Below, piece after piece: positions 52,780 through 64,000 of a stretch of DNA of 64,000 nucleotides. Where the stretch lies: the NCBI RefSeq assembly GCF_006345805.1, contig NC_043009.1, positions 44,826,001 to 44,890,000 of the forward strand, written 5' to 3'. The position numbers and the translations under genes are program-made. Origin of the DNA: Octopus sinensis. Its lineage: Eukaryota. The stretch's first letter is position 1. Every line of letters starts with the position of its first letter. Under the pieces are notes generated by a model, which was not told the origin of the DNA, did no database searches, and saw only the letters and a program-made list of their open reading frames with translations.

Positions 52780-53994
52780 CATACACATATGTATGACAGG
52801 ATGATCATTTTATGACCTATATTGTTGACCTCTGTAATACAATTAAATTCAGGTAAAATGTAGAGTAATATGAATTGACAGCCAAGTCCACCATGTTAAA
52901 TCTCTTGTGTTATCATGTTTTCCAATTCCTATTGCATGAATGTTTGAGATTGTTCTTTGATTTCATGTTTATTTCAATAGATTTGTCACTTCTCTAACTC
53001 ATCACCATCTTAAATTCACTTCAATATTCAGTCCCACACACACACACTGTAAGCATATTTGCTGTCATTTTATAATTACAGATAATTTGAGCTTTACTCT
53101 TTTAATTGTTTCAGTCATTTTGACTGCGGCCATGCTGGAGCACCGCCTTTAGTCGAGCAAATCAACCCCAAGGCTTATTCTTTGTAAGCCCAGTACTTAT
53201 TCTATCGGTCTCTTTTGCTGAACCACTAAGTGACGGGGACGTAAACACACCAGCATCAGTTGTCAAGCAATGCTAGGGGGACAAACACAGACACACAAAC
53301 ATATACATACACGTACATATATACATATATACAACGGGCTTCTTTCAGTTTCTGTCTACCAGATCCACTCACAAGGCTTTGGTCGGCCCGGGGATATAGC
53401 AGAAGACACTTGCCCAAGATGCAGCGTAAGGTTGTACAGTAGCAGATGGTTTGGTTGGTAAACTGGAGTTTAGGTTATATAGGAGGAGAAGAAAATGGAT
53501 ATAATAACAAAGGGAAACTCAGGGTTTTCGCAGGTATGTCTTTAATTAAATAGATAACAGAGAAGGAAGAAACAGAGATGAGGGTAGCATTTACGATTGT
53601 TTCAATTTACTGGTTTAAGTAAATCTCTCCAGAATGCGAACATAGATAGAATCATCAGTTAGGATGCGAAAATATTTGATACATATGTGATGGCAATGTA
53701 AACAAAGTGGTAATTCTTACATTAAATTTTTGTTCTTGCGCTGGTAAATTCGCTGGGTAGAGGTTTGCTTGTGGTAGATTGGTTAGTTTCGTTGGGTAAT
53801 TAGGGCGGGGTGAGTAGTATTTAGGCGCAGGTTTCCTGGTTTAGTTAAGCACAGTTTTTTCACACGTGTGTATTCCATTCGTAAATGCTACCCTCATATC
53901 TGCTTCTTCCTTCTTTGTTATCTATTTAATTAAAGACATACCAGCAAAAACCACAAGTTTCCCATTGTTATTATATCCATTTTCTTCCCCTATG

Positions 53995-54065
<71 letters not shown>

Positions 54066-54167
54066 ATATTGCATTACCCTCTATAATTGTATCACATTAA
54101 ATCTATTATGGCAACTGTGACAGCTCAAATTATCTGTAATTATTAAATGACAGCAAATATGCTTGCA

Positions 54168-54201
<34 letters not shown>

Positions 54202-54448
54202 GACTGAATATTGAAGTGAATTTAAGATGGTGATGAGTTAGAGAAGTGACAAATCTATTGAAATAAACATGAAATCAAAGAACAATCTCAAACATTCATG
54301 CAATAGGAATTGGAAAACATGATAACACAAGAGATTTAACATGGTGGACTTGGCTGTCAATTCATATTACTCTACATTTTACCTGAATTTAATTGTATGA
54401 CAGAGGTCAACAATATAGGTCATAAAATGATCATCCTGTCATACATAT

Positions 54449-54455
<7 letters not shown>
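52780..54455. repeat. Near-identical inverted duplication (arms 52780-53093 and 54122-54455) enclosing a SINE and a Penelope-type fragment
   Basis: Arms are reverse complements with only a few differences outside the CA/TG tract. Confidence 0.9.
53425..53990 (-). mobile_element. Penelope-like fragment with inverted terminal segments
   Basis: ~110-bp arms ~53490-53600 / ~53876-53990; the interior gives a degraded FRIL...RILE-type peptide reminiscent of PLE C-termini (weak). Confidence 0.5.
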
Positions 54456-54510
<55 letters not shown>

Positions 54511-54516
<6 letters not shown>

Positions 54517-54642
54517 TATATAGAAGGAGCTTCTACAGGACTAGAACTGTTTCATTCAAGAAAAATCATCAGGAAGCTTCCTGATGATTTCTCTTGAATG
54601 AAACAGTTCTAGTCCTGTAGAAGCTCCTTCTATATAATAAAT
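54511..54642. mobile_element. 132-bp near-perfect palindrome next to (TA)n with hammerhead core motifs in both arms
   Basis: Centre ggaag|cttcc at 54576/54577, one mismatch; CTGATGA at 54581-54587 and GAAAC at 54600-54604, mirrored on the minus strand. Confidence 0.85.
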
Positions 54643-55659
54643 TAATTTTACTCTGCTATGTATTGAGTACCTTATTTACTGTGGTTAACCCCGAATCAAC
54701 CCGGGACCTATATATATATATATATATATTGATTTGAGGTTTGTTCCTGCTGCATGGAAACTTGGAGAAGTGTCTTTTTGGTTTCAGATTCTATCTCCTG
54801 CATGGCACCTTAAACAAGTGTTTCCACTATAACCTCAGGCCAACCAAAGACTTGTGGGTAGATTTAGTCAACAGAAATTGAAAGACGCCAATCGTTTTGT
54901 GTGTGTGTGTGTGTGTGTGTGTTTTACTATTGCCCTAACATTATGTGATGGTTGTAAATGAGCATCACCAATATACAAGCAGTGTTATTCATTTCCAATG
55001 TAATTCTTCCATGAAAACATGTCTGGCCATCGGGTAGTATTACCTTGCTTGGAAACAGGTAAGGGTTGGTGACAGGAAGGACATCCAGTTGTAAAAAACC
55101 TTGCCTCAACAAATTTCGTCTGATGCATGCAAGCACAGAAAATTGAACATAAAATGGTGATGATGATCTAATCAACAGATTTATAAATTAAACCCCAAAT
55201 ACCCAGTACTGAAATGTGAACAAAATCTATCTATTACTTGCTTGTTTTTACCACTAATATGCCACATTAAAAGCACACAGTACACTCTGAAAAATGGCTG
55301 GCATTAGGAAGGGCATCCAGTCATAGAAATCATGGCCAGCTCCCATCAAGCCATCCAACCTAGTCCAGCATGGAAAACAGATGTTAAATGATGATGATGT
55401 AGGAAAGGTATCTGTTCTACATTCTGTCGAGTTAAGTGAAGTGAGCAGAGAGTTAATGCATCTTAGTTACATGTGAAACCCAAAGGTAGCAGGAAGGTCT
55501 GCACTTATGACTTTGTGGTCACTAAATCCAGCACTTTAACCTTGCAACCATTGCATTAACCTAATTAGAAACTGTACCTCATAAATACACATGCTCACAT
55601 ACCATAGACATAGGCACTATATGATTTGGACAGCTTCCATCACTAACAACAGCAACTAT

Positions 55660-55883
55660 ACATGTGTGTGTGTGTGTGTGTGTATGTGTGCATACGTAAG
55701 TATGTATATAAATGTGTCTGAGTGCATATATGTATATAAATGTGTACATGTGCACATATATATACATATGTATATAAATGTGTGTGTGTATGCATGTATA
55801 CATGCATGTGAGTATATATGCATGTATACATGCATGTGTGTATGTATATATATAGTTATATATATATACACACATACATATAC

Positions 55884-55915
<32 letters not shown>

Positions 55916-55970
55916 ATATATATATATGTATATATATGTGTGTATATATATATATATGTATGTATAACTA
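55660..55970. repeat. Compound (TG)n/(TA)n microsatellite
   Basis: Direct reading. Confidence 0.9.
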
Positions 55971-56346
55971 GCACCACCATGACCTCCCAATATGGTTCAC
56001 AATAAGCAACTCCAGAGACACTGAAATTAATGTCATTAATTATTCATATACACCATCACACCAATTCGTTATTTTTCCGTCTCTCATTAATAATGTTTCC
56101 AATTGATTGATAATGCTTCACACGCAATGACACAGCCATACCAAACAGAAGAATCTGAATCAGTGTTCCAAATAGCAGCGATGACATTAATTCTTGGCTA
56201 TCACTTGCTAGTGAAGACTGAGCCGGTTATCCGGTTATCCGCACTCTGACAGATGGTCAGAAAGTTAAGGATCACAGCAACAGCAGTAGCTACAACTGAA
56301 GTCTTTCTCTTGAGCTCATCACAATTTCAACTTCTAATGCTATTCC

Positions 56347-56409
<63 letters not shown>

Positions 56410-56767
56410 CCACAGCTGTTGTTACTTCCATCAATACTGAAAATACTCCAAACTGGAATAACATGTACCAGATGGCAGCAAGCAAGCAAGCAAACTAGAA
56501 TATTGAATGAGCATTGGTGAGATTAATAATGTTCAGCAATTTTTGAAGCCAGGAAGGACAGAAAGTAAGACAACATGAAAAACAGTACGGTGGCAGTGGC
56601 AGTGGTGGTGGTGGTGGTGGTGGCAACAAACCAGAGCCACACCTATGATAATCATCAATAAAATAAACTTGTTTGTTTGATAAATAAACAACAAATAATA
56701 TGACCTATATCTTTCAGAGACATTAATGTAGTAGTAGTGAGTGGTAGAGTTGCTGACAGTGTAAAGG

Positions 56768-57100
56768 TACAAACAAGCCTATAATAAAACAGTTATACAA
56801 ACAAGCCTATAATACAAACAAAGACTATAATAAAGCTGGTACAAAAATAAACATATTAAAGTTGGTATAAACATAGGCATAATGATAAAGCTAGTATAAA
56901 CAACATAAACACTATAATAAAGCTGGTATAAACAACATAAACACTATAATAATGCTTGTATAAACAACATAAACACTATAATAAAGCTGGTATAAACATA
57001 AACATTATAATAAAGCTGGTATAAACAACATAAGCATGATAATAAAGCTAACATAAACACAGTAACAAAGCTGATATAAACAAACATGAATGCTATAATG
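56768..57100 (+). repeat. Degenerate ~33-bp minisatellite (ctataataaagctggtataaacaacataaaca)
   Basis: About 9-10 imperfect units; resumes in degraded form at 57565-57610 after the rRNA-derived insert. Confidence 0.8.
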
Positions 57101-57564
57101 CGGGTGCCGGCAATGTCAACTTGGCTGCATCTGTCCCATTCAGTACGAGAGGAACCGTGGGATCAGAGCAACGTTTTGCATGCTCACTTGATAGAGCGGT
57201 GGTGCCAGGCTGCCTCTGAGCGATAATGGCTAAACGCCTCTAAGCCGGAACCATAGCTGGACCAGAGTTGTTTTCCAAAGGCGTCTCAACCTCAAGTCGC
57301 ATTCCTTAGCTCGGCTTCAGCCGTCCACCCGTCACGTCCACGTGGGGAGTGGCAGCATCGCCAGTGGAATTGACATTTTGGGACGCGGGCGGCGGTGGCA
57401 TCTGTGCTGTTGTAGTTGACGTCCCACCCCGACTTGTTTGAAGAAATCGAGGTGAAAAGGATCGCTTGCATACGACTCGACTTGCCATTCAGAGTGACAT
57501 GCTTAGTAGAGCAGCTACCACACTGTGATCTATTGAGTCTCTTCTTGCAAACGACACGATCTGT
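57101..57564 (+). pseudogene. Retrocopy of the 3'-terminal ~460 nt of a divergent eukaryotic 28S rRNA
   Basis: Sarcin-ricin loop AGTACGAGAGGAAC (57142-57155) in a paired helix; GGCTAAACGCCTCTAAGCC; 3' motif TAGTAGAGCAGC...GATCTATTGA; ends GATCTGT like mature LSU rRNA; TSD tataatg at 57094-57100 and 57564-57570. Confidence 0.85.
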
Positions 57565-57762
57565 ATAATGAGGTTGAAATAACTATAAATACTACAAAAA
57601 ACTGGTACAGTAAAGGATTTCTTATCTGGCTTCTAGAAATCTGCAAATACTATGTAATCATCATGCAATATACTGTACAATGTATTGAGAAAGCAAACTG
57701 TGTTTTTGAAGTTGGATAATTTGCATATCGTGTACCAAAAATAGAGTTGCTCTTTACTTTTT

Positions 57763-57998
57763 ATAAATAAATGCACCCTTTTAAAGCCTAGCCAGGCTCA
57801 TGGGCCCAGTTTCCCAGCATATATGTTCCCCAGCTGGACAGGACGCCAGTCCATCGCAGCATTACTCATTTTTGCCAGCTGAGTGGACTGGAGCAAAGTG
57901 AAATGAAGTGTTTTGCTCAAGAACACAACACGTTGCCCAGTCCAGGAATCGAAACCACAATCTAACGATCATGATGCTGACACCCTAACCACTTAGCT
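57763..57998 (-). mobile_element. Second copy of the Meta/V-like tRNA SINE
   Basis: Homologous to 1823-2087. Confidence 0.85.
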
Positions 57999-58985
57999 AC
58001 TGATAAAGACTAAACATATTCTGCTTTAGAATTGTATTAATTTGTACCTGTATTTGTAAAATAAAATCATGTTCTTTCCTTTTCCTCATTTAATTTTTCA
58101 TCCTATAAACATTATTCTGTATACATGGTACAGCATGATATATTTTAAGAATTTTAAGTGGATTAATATATATCAAACAGATCCTGCTTTATAAATGTAT
58201 TAATTTGAATCTTAAATACAATTCAGTTCTTTACTTTTCGTAGTTTGTTCCATATTTCAGGATAACATTTACTCTCTCTCTCTCTCTCTCACTCCCTCAC
58301 TCTCAGACATCTGAGACACTTCTGGCCTCCAGCTCATCAGATAACTGGTTCACGACTGCATAAACATAAGTACTACAATAAAAATGGTATAAGCATAAAA
58401 CTGTACTAATAGTTGTTTTTTGTTTTTTAGCTCAAGCTCACAAAATTCCATGACACACAAACACAGACACACAAACATATACACACACATATATATACAT
58501 ATATACGACGGGCTTCTTTCAGTTTCTGTCTATCAAATCCACTCACAAGGCTTTGGTCAACCAGAGTATATAGTAGAAGACACTTGCCCAAGGTGCCACA
58601 CAGTGGGACTGAACCCAGAACCATGTGGTAAACAAGCTACTTACCACACAGCCATTCTTACGTCAATATATGTATACATATATGATGGACTTCTATACAG
58701 TTTCTGTCTCCCAAATTCACTCACAAAGCATTGGTCAATCCAGGATTATAGAAGACACCTGCCCAAGGTGCTGCACAGTGGGACTGAACCCAAAACCACA
58801 GGGTTGTAAAGCAATGGTTGCAGTGAGAACAAGGAAAAAGGACTGTAATGCTTATGATGCTGTTACTGATGGCAATGGTAATGATTATGATAATGACGAT
58901 ACTGCTGCTGCTGATGATGATAATGACTTACTTAGAAAGTCGTGCCAAAAGAAAAAGCTAATAAAGTCATTTTAAGTGTGTGTGT

Positions 58986-59020
<35 letters not shown>

Positions 59021-59828
59021 ACAAATTGTACAGTAGACACCAGTTCTATTAACATAACTTGCGAATTTCAATAAAACTGCACCACTGCGACATTAATGCA
59101 ATATCACATCACATATTGAAAGAGAAAAATCAAACAAGAAAAACAACAAAAAAAAACTGAGAGCATTAAAAAAAAATTAAACAACCCCATCACTACCACC
59201 ACCACTACTACCACCACCAAAAAACTAAATAACCTCAAACATATCTCAATAATAAAACAAATGGTTTTATAGAATTGGCAGAGCATCAGATAAACTACCT
59301 TACAGGATTTCTTTTGGCTCATTACATTCTGAGTTCAAATCTCACCCCTGCCCCGCCAAAGTCAACTTCGCCTTTTCAACCCTCTGGGGTCAATAAAATA
59401 AATACCAGTCAAGTGAGGGAATCAATATAATCAACTAACCCCCCCCCACTACTAGATTCATGATTGTGGATCAGTAGCATCACCTTGTATTGTTGCTTCC
59501 AGTTCTTTACATTCTTAGATCAAATCCTACCAATGTCAAGTTTGTTTAACATCCTCTTGGGGTCAATAAAATAAAGTACCATTCAAATAATAAAGTTGAA
59601 TTTGACTGTTCCCCTACACACCATGTATGTGTGCTTGTGTCTCTAGTCTTTTACTTCTCAGTTATTGAACTGTGACCATGCTGGGGCACTGCCTTGTGAG
59701 GTTTGTCGAACAGAACAACTCCAATATTTATTTTAAGTCTGGTACTTAGTCTGTTAGTCTCATTGAACTGCTAAGCTACGGGGACATAAACAAACCAACA
59801 CTGGTCGTCAAGCAGTTGGGAAAGGGTA

Positions 59829-59861
<33 letters not shown>

Positions 59862-59867
59862 CATATA

Positions 59868-60100
59868 TATTATATAAAATCCGTTCTGTCTGTGTGTGTG
59901 TCTTCTAGGATCTCGGGCATCCTCCATCTGATTGCGCTCAAATTTGATATGCAGATACTGACAGTATCAGGGCTTGTATAAGTCTTGAAAAAATTACAAA
60001 AATTGATTCCAGATGAGAATGCGATCGATAAAGCCGTGGGAACGTGCATTTGTACGCGCAAGTACATCAGTCGAAATTTGTCTTTTGCTGGTGTCTCAAA
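59868..60100 (+). mobile_element. Possible Helitron 5' fragment
   Basis: tatataaaa...ctgtctgtgtg...gattgcgctcaaatttgatatg resembles non-autonomous Helitron 5' regions and is CpG-richer than its flanks; no 3' hairpin/CTAG found. Confidence 0.35.
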
Positions 60101-63100
60101 TTTAAGTTAAATCAGTGTTTCTCAAAGGGGAGGCCTATGGGACAGCCAGACAAGTTGTTTTGAGAAAATTTGGTTTAAATGTTTGACAACTCAGCACCAT
60201 CCATTGGACCAGGGGGTGGGGCGTTTTGCTCATATATATATATCCCCATCAACATCAAACATTTAATGTTCACTTTTTGATGCTTGCAGAAGTCAGAGAG
60301 AATTCATTGAGACAGATGCCCTTCCTGTCACCAACCCCTAACCTACTTCAAAGAAAGATAATATTTCTCCATGGCCAGATATGCGTTTTTTGCAGAAGAC
60401 ACAAACAAAGCTCATTTGCAACTATTACATGTCTGGACAAGGGTTTACACACACATACACACACACACACACATACATACACACAACAGGCTTCTTTCAG
60501 TTTTTGTCAGCTAGATCCTTGTTACAAGACTTAGCTTGACTTGGAGCGATAGTAGAAGACACTTTCCCAAGGTGTCGTATAGTGGGACCTAAGCACAAGG
60601 CCGTATGATTAGGAAACGAGTTTTTATACACACAGCCATGTTAGAAATGATTATTATATAAAAAATATAATCAAAAGACTTCCAACTAAAGAGAGAAAGA
60701 AAGCCCGAAAAGTATAAAACTTCTTTGTTTTTTAATTATTGTTTTAACATGTCCAGTGTGATGTAGGTAAGACAAGACTGTTTAATGCATTGATAAATAA
60801 TCAGCTGAAAAGATATCAATGTTTGCCTAGCGGTATTGATTTATGATAGAGCACCATGCAGGGAGGAAAAAAAACAGAAAGGAGGCAGCTGTGTCTGAAA
60901 TAGGACAGTTTTCAACAAACATCTGTAGAAGGAACCAACCAGAGACAGTTTCTATGTAGTTACATGATTTGCAAGAAACAGCAGTCAAATAGTACTCAAA
61001 TCACACCATTACCATCTTAAAAGAGAGAGACATATTCAATAGAGTTACTACACCATATATTCATCATCATCATTGTTTTAATGTCCACTTTTCCATGCTG
61101 GCATGGGTCAGATGGAATTATTTGAGGCAGGCCAGATGCTCTTCCTGATGCCAACCCTCATCTATTTCTAATTAAGACAATGTTTCCCTATGGCTGGACA
61201 GATTTTCAAAGAAGTTTGAAAATGAAAGATCTTGCTTGAATGAGGATAACATCTTTTACATAATGTCACCTTCCTACTCACCTTAAAACATATATTATAT
61301 CTTTTATTTATTTCAGTCACTGAACTGTGGCCATACTGGGGCACTACCTTGAAGGGCTTAGTTAAATAAATCAACCCCAGTACTTTTTTTCTCTCAGACT
61401 GGCACTTATTCTATCATTCTCTTTTTGCCAAACCACTAAGTTACTGGGATGTAAACAAACCAACAATGGTTGTAAAGCAGTGGTGGGGGAACAAACACAA
61501 AGGCAAATATACTCACACACGGATACATACATAATGAATATGACAAGCTTCTCTTAGTTTCCATCAACTAAATCCATTCACAAAGCTTTGGTCAGCCCAG
61601 AGCTATAGTACAAGACACTGTCCAATGTGCCATGCAGTAGGACCAAATCTGGAACCATGTGGCAAACCTTTTACCACACAATTGTGTCTGTGTCTCATTT
61701 ATTCATATGCATGCATCCATCCAGCCATCCATACATCCATCCATCCATACATACATACAACAGGTTTCTTTCAGTTTTCATCTATTAATTCAACTCACAT
61801 GGCTTTGATCTGTTGGGGGTTATGGTAGAAGACATTTATCCAAGGAGCTATATACTAAACCTGAAAAATAATGTGGAATGATCATGGCTGGAACATCCTT
61901 TTGCTTAATAGGTCAGTTTTATTAAGAGTGACCTGTACTTAACCCTTTTGATACCAAACTAGCAAAAACCAACCCTGGTTCTTTGAGACAAACTTCCTGT
62001 TTTAAAATGAGCAATATGAAAATCTTCCACCAAAATTTCGCATTAATTTATATTCTAAACAGCAGCTTAATAATGACGAAGATATTTTACAAAATTCTTC
62101 ATTATTTTCAGACTTAATTGAAACAAAAGCAGTGTTATTTCAAATAGAAATATGGTAACAACAACTTCAAAAGAACTTTAATCTTTCCATCTTTTTCGTC
62201 TTTTTATGTTCCTGGTTTAGAATTCCAACAAAACCAAAACAATCTAAATAATTTGAGCTCATTTCATGTGGCAGGGTATCTGTGTGTGTGTGTGCGTGTG
62301 CATGTGTGTGCGTGTGTGTATGTGTGCATGTGTGTGTGTGTGTGTGTGCGTGTGTGTGTATGGCTTCATAAATATTCCAGCAAACATTGCATTTCTTAAC
62401 AGCCCTTAGAATAAAATCTAAAACACAGCCACAATCAACATTATCATCTGCACCTCCACCATCATCATCATCATCATCATCATCATAACAACCTCATAAT
62501 CACTGGTTTCACATCCATATTGCACCATAGTGGCACAGTTTGTCCTCATCTGAAACCCAACAGTTTCCCCACATACCTCAACCCCCCAATATTCATGGCT
62601 CTGTTGATGAACACTGCGGAGTTTCTCACTACACAAGATCTGCTTGCATAGCAAATATTTACAATTTGCACTAAGCTACAAATACTGGTTTCAAATTTTG
62701 GCACAAGGCCAGCAATTTCGGGGCAGGAAGTAAGTCAATTACATCAACCCCAGTGCTTAACTGGTACTTATTGTTTTGACCCCAAAAGGATGAAAGGCAA
62801 AGTGGACCTCGGTGGAATTTGGACTCAGAACGTGAACATGAATGAAATGCCACTAAGCATTTTGCCCGGCATGCTAACAATTCTGCCAGCTCACTGCTAA
62901 GCTACAATAATGGCATCACTATTGGCAGCTAATCCACAAACAGTGATCCTGCTCCAACTGGTGAGGTTTGGATCCAATGAAGTTTAGGAGTTTAGTATGA
63001 AGGGCACGGTTCGTATGATGGTTGACACTCACAACCATTATGTGATGTCAGAACAAAGACATACATACATGTACAACACGCTTCTTTCAGTTTCCCCTCA

Positions 63101-64000
63101 ACCAAATCTACTCACTAGGCTTTGGCCCAAGATTATTGTAGAAGACATCTACCCAAGGTGTCACACAGTGGGACTGAACCTGAAACCATGCACTAAGGGA
63201 ACAGACTACTCAATCACACAGCCATTCTTACATATCTTCATCGTTATTCAGTATCCGTTTTCCTCACTGGCATAGATTAGATGGTTTGACTGGAACCAGT
63301 AAGCAGGAGAGCTGTACCAGGCTCCAGTGTGGTTTGGCTTGCTTTCTACAGATGGATGCCCTTCCTAATGCCAACCACTCCAAGAGTGTAGTATATAACT
63401 GTATTTACAGATGTTAGCTATACTACAAGCTGTTTATACATTTGGAGCCAAAACTTTAAATCTACCTAGAATCTAATTCTTAATATAAACCACATAGCTC
63501 TAAAGTAAACAAAGGGTATTATTTTCAATTAGATTTCACAAAAATCCTAAAGATCACAACACAACAGCTTTTAGAATGGTTTCAATCCATAACCTCTTGG
63601 TCAATGACACAAAACTAATTAACAACACAGCTTAAGTCAATGTTGAGGAAGAAAAAGTTTATTGAATATCAAAAGGAGAATACTGAATGCATCTGAAGAA
63701 ACTGCACACAACTGGAACAATTCCAGACCAAAGATGAAAAGTAAATTTTCTAAATTCAGCTTCCAATATGGCAGATATATATAATAATTTTTAGTCGAGG
63801 GTAGAGGTGATTCCCACAAGGAATATATTATTGCTGTTGTACAGTTGTTATTTAATACCTTTTCTCTTGCACAATCTCAAATGCAGCCAAATATGCACAA
63901 TTTAAGAAGTCTTTGGAAACATAAATATATGTTTAGTAAGATTAAATCTAATCTCAGATAAACTCTATGGAATATGACTGTATTAGCTGGAGGTAGCGTT

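Noticed and set aside
57306-57488. 60-aa minus-strand ORF
   Set aside because: Antisense to the 28S-derived insert; its GC richness explains the open frame.
58308-58345. CUGAUGA plus hairpin on the minus strand
   Set aside because: GAAG instead of GAAA and no valid stem III; likely chance. The same applies to CUGACGA near 44795 and CUGAUGA near 33490 and 34170.

Overview
AT-rich, repeat-dense animal genomic DNA with abundant (TA)n/(CA)n/(AAT)n/(GATA)n microsatellites and several tRNA-derived SINE families. I recognise the repeat inventory as octopod cephalopod (Octopus-like); this is an inference, not a database result. The only host protein-coding sequence I can support is the first coding exon of an inositol hexakisphosphate kinase (IP6K) on the minus strand (CDS 3115->2917); the gene continues off the left edge. 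Candidate 5' UTR exons at 8182-8373 and ending at 11496 would give it upstream ORFs, including a spliced 36-aa uORF. The rest is mobile-element derived: a decayed Tigger/pogo transposon with both TIRs (30311-33246) carrying a chimeric SINE, a piggyBac transposase remnant, hAT-, piggyBac- and Merlin/MULE-type MITEs, a mini-Helitron, an R4/Dong-like fragment, and many Penelope-type foldback elements in (TA)n arrays. Highlights: (1) an intact minimal type I hammerhead ribozyme (minus strand, 35843-35883) plus degenerate relatives in other foldbacks; (2) a 464-bp TSD-flanked, tail-less retrocopy of the 3' end of a strongly divergent 28S rRNA with a structurally conserved sarcin-ricin helix (57101-57564); (3) a 22-bp TIR-only transposon relic; (4) a near-identical ~315-bp inverted duplication; (5) CpG-decay domains suggesting a second, unidentified gene body across ~35-64 kb. 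Almost all entries of the supplied ORF track are microsatellite or repeat artefacts.
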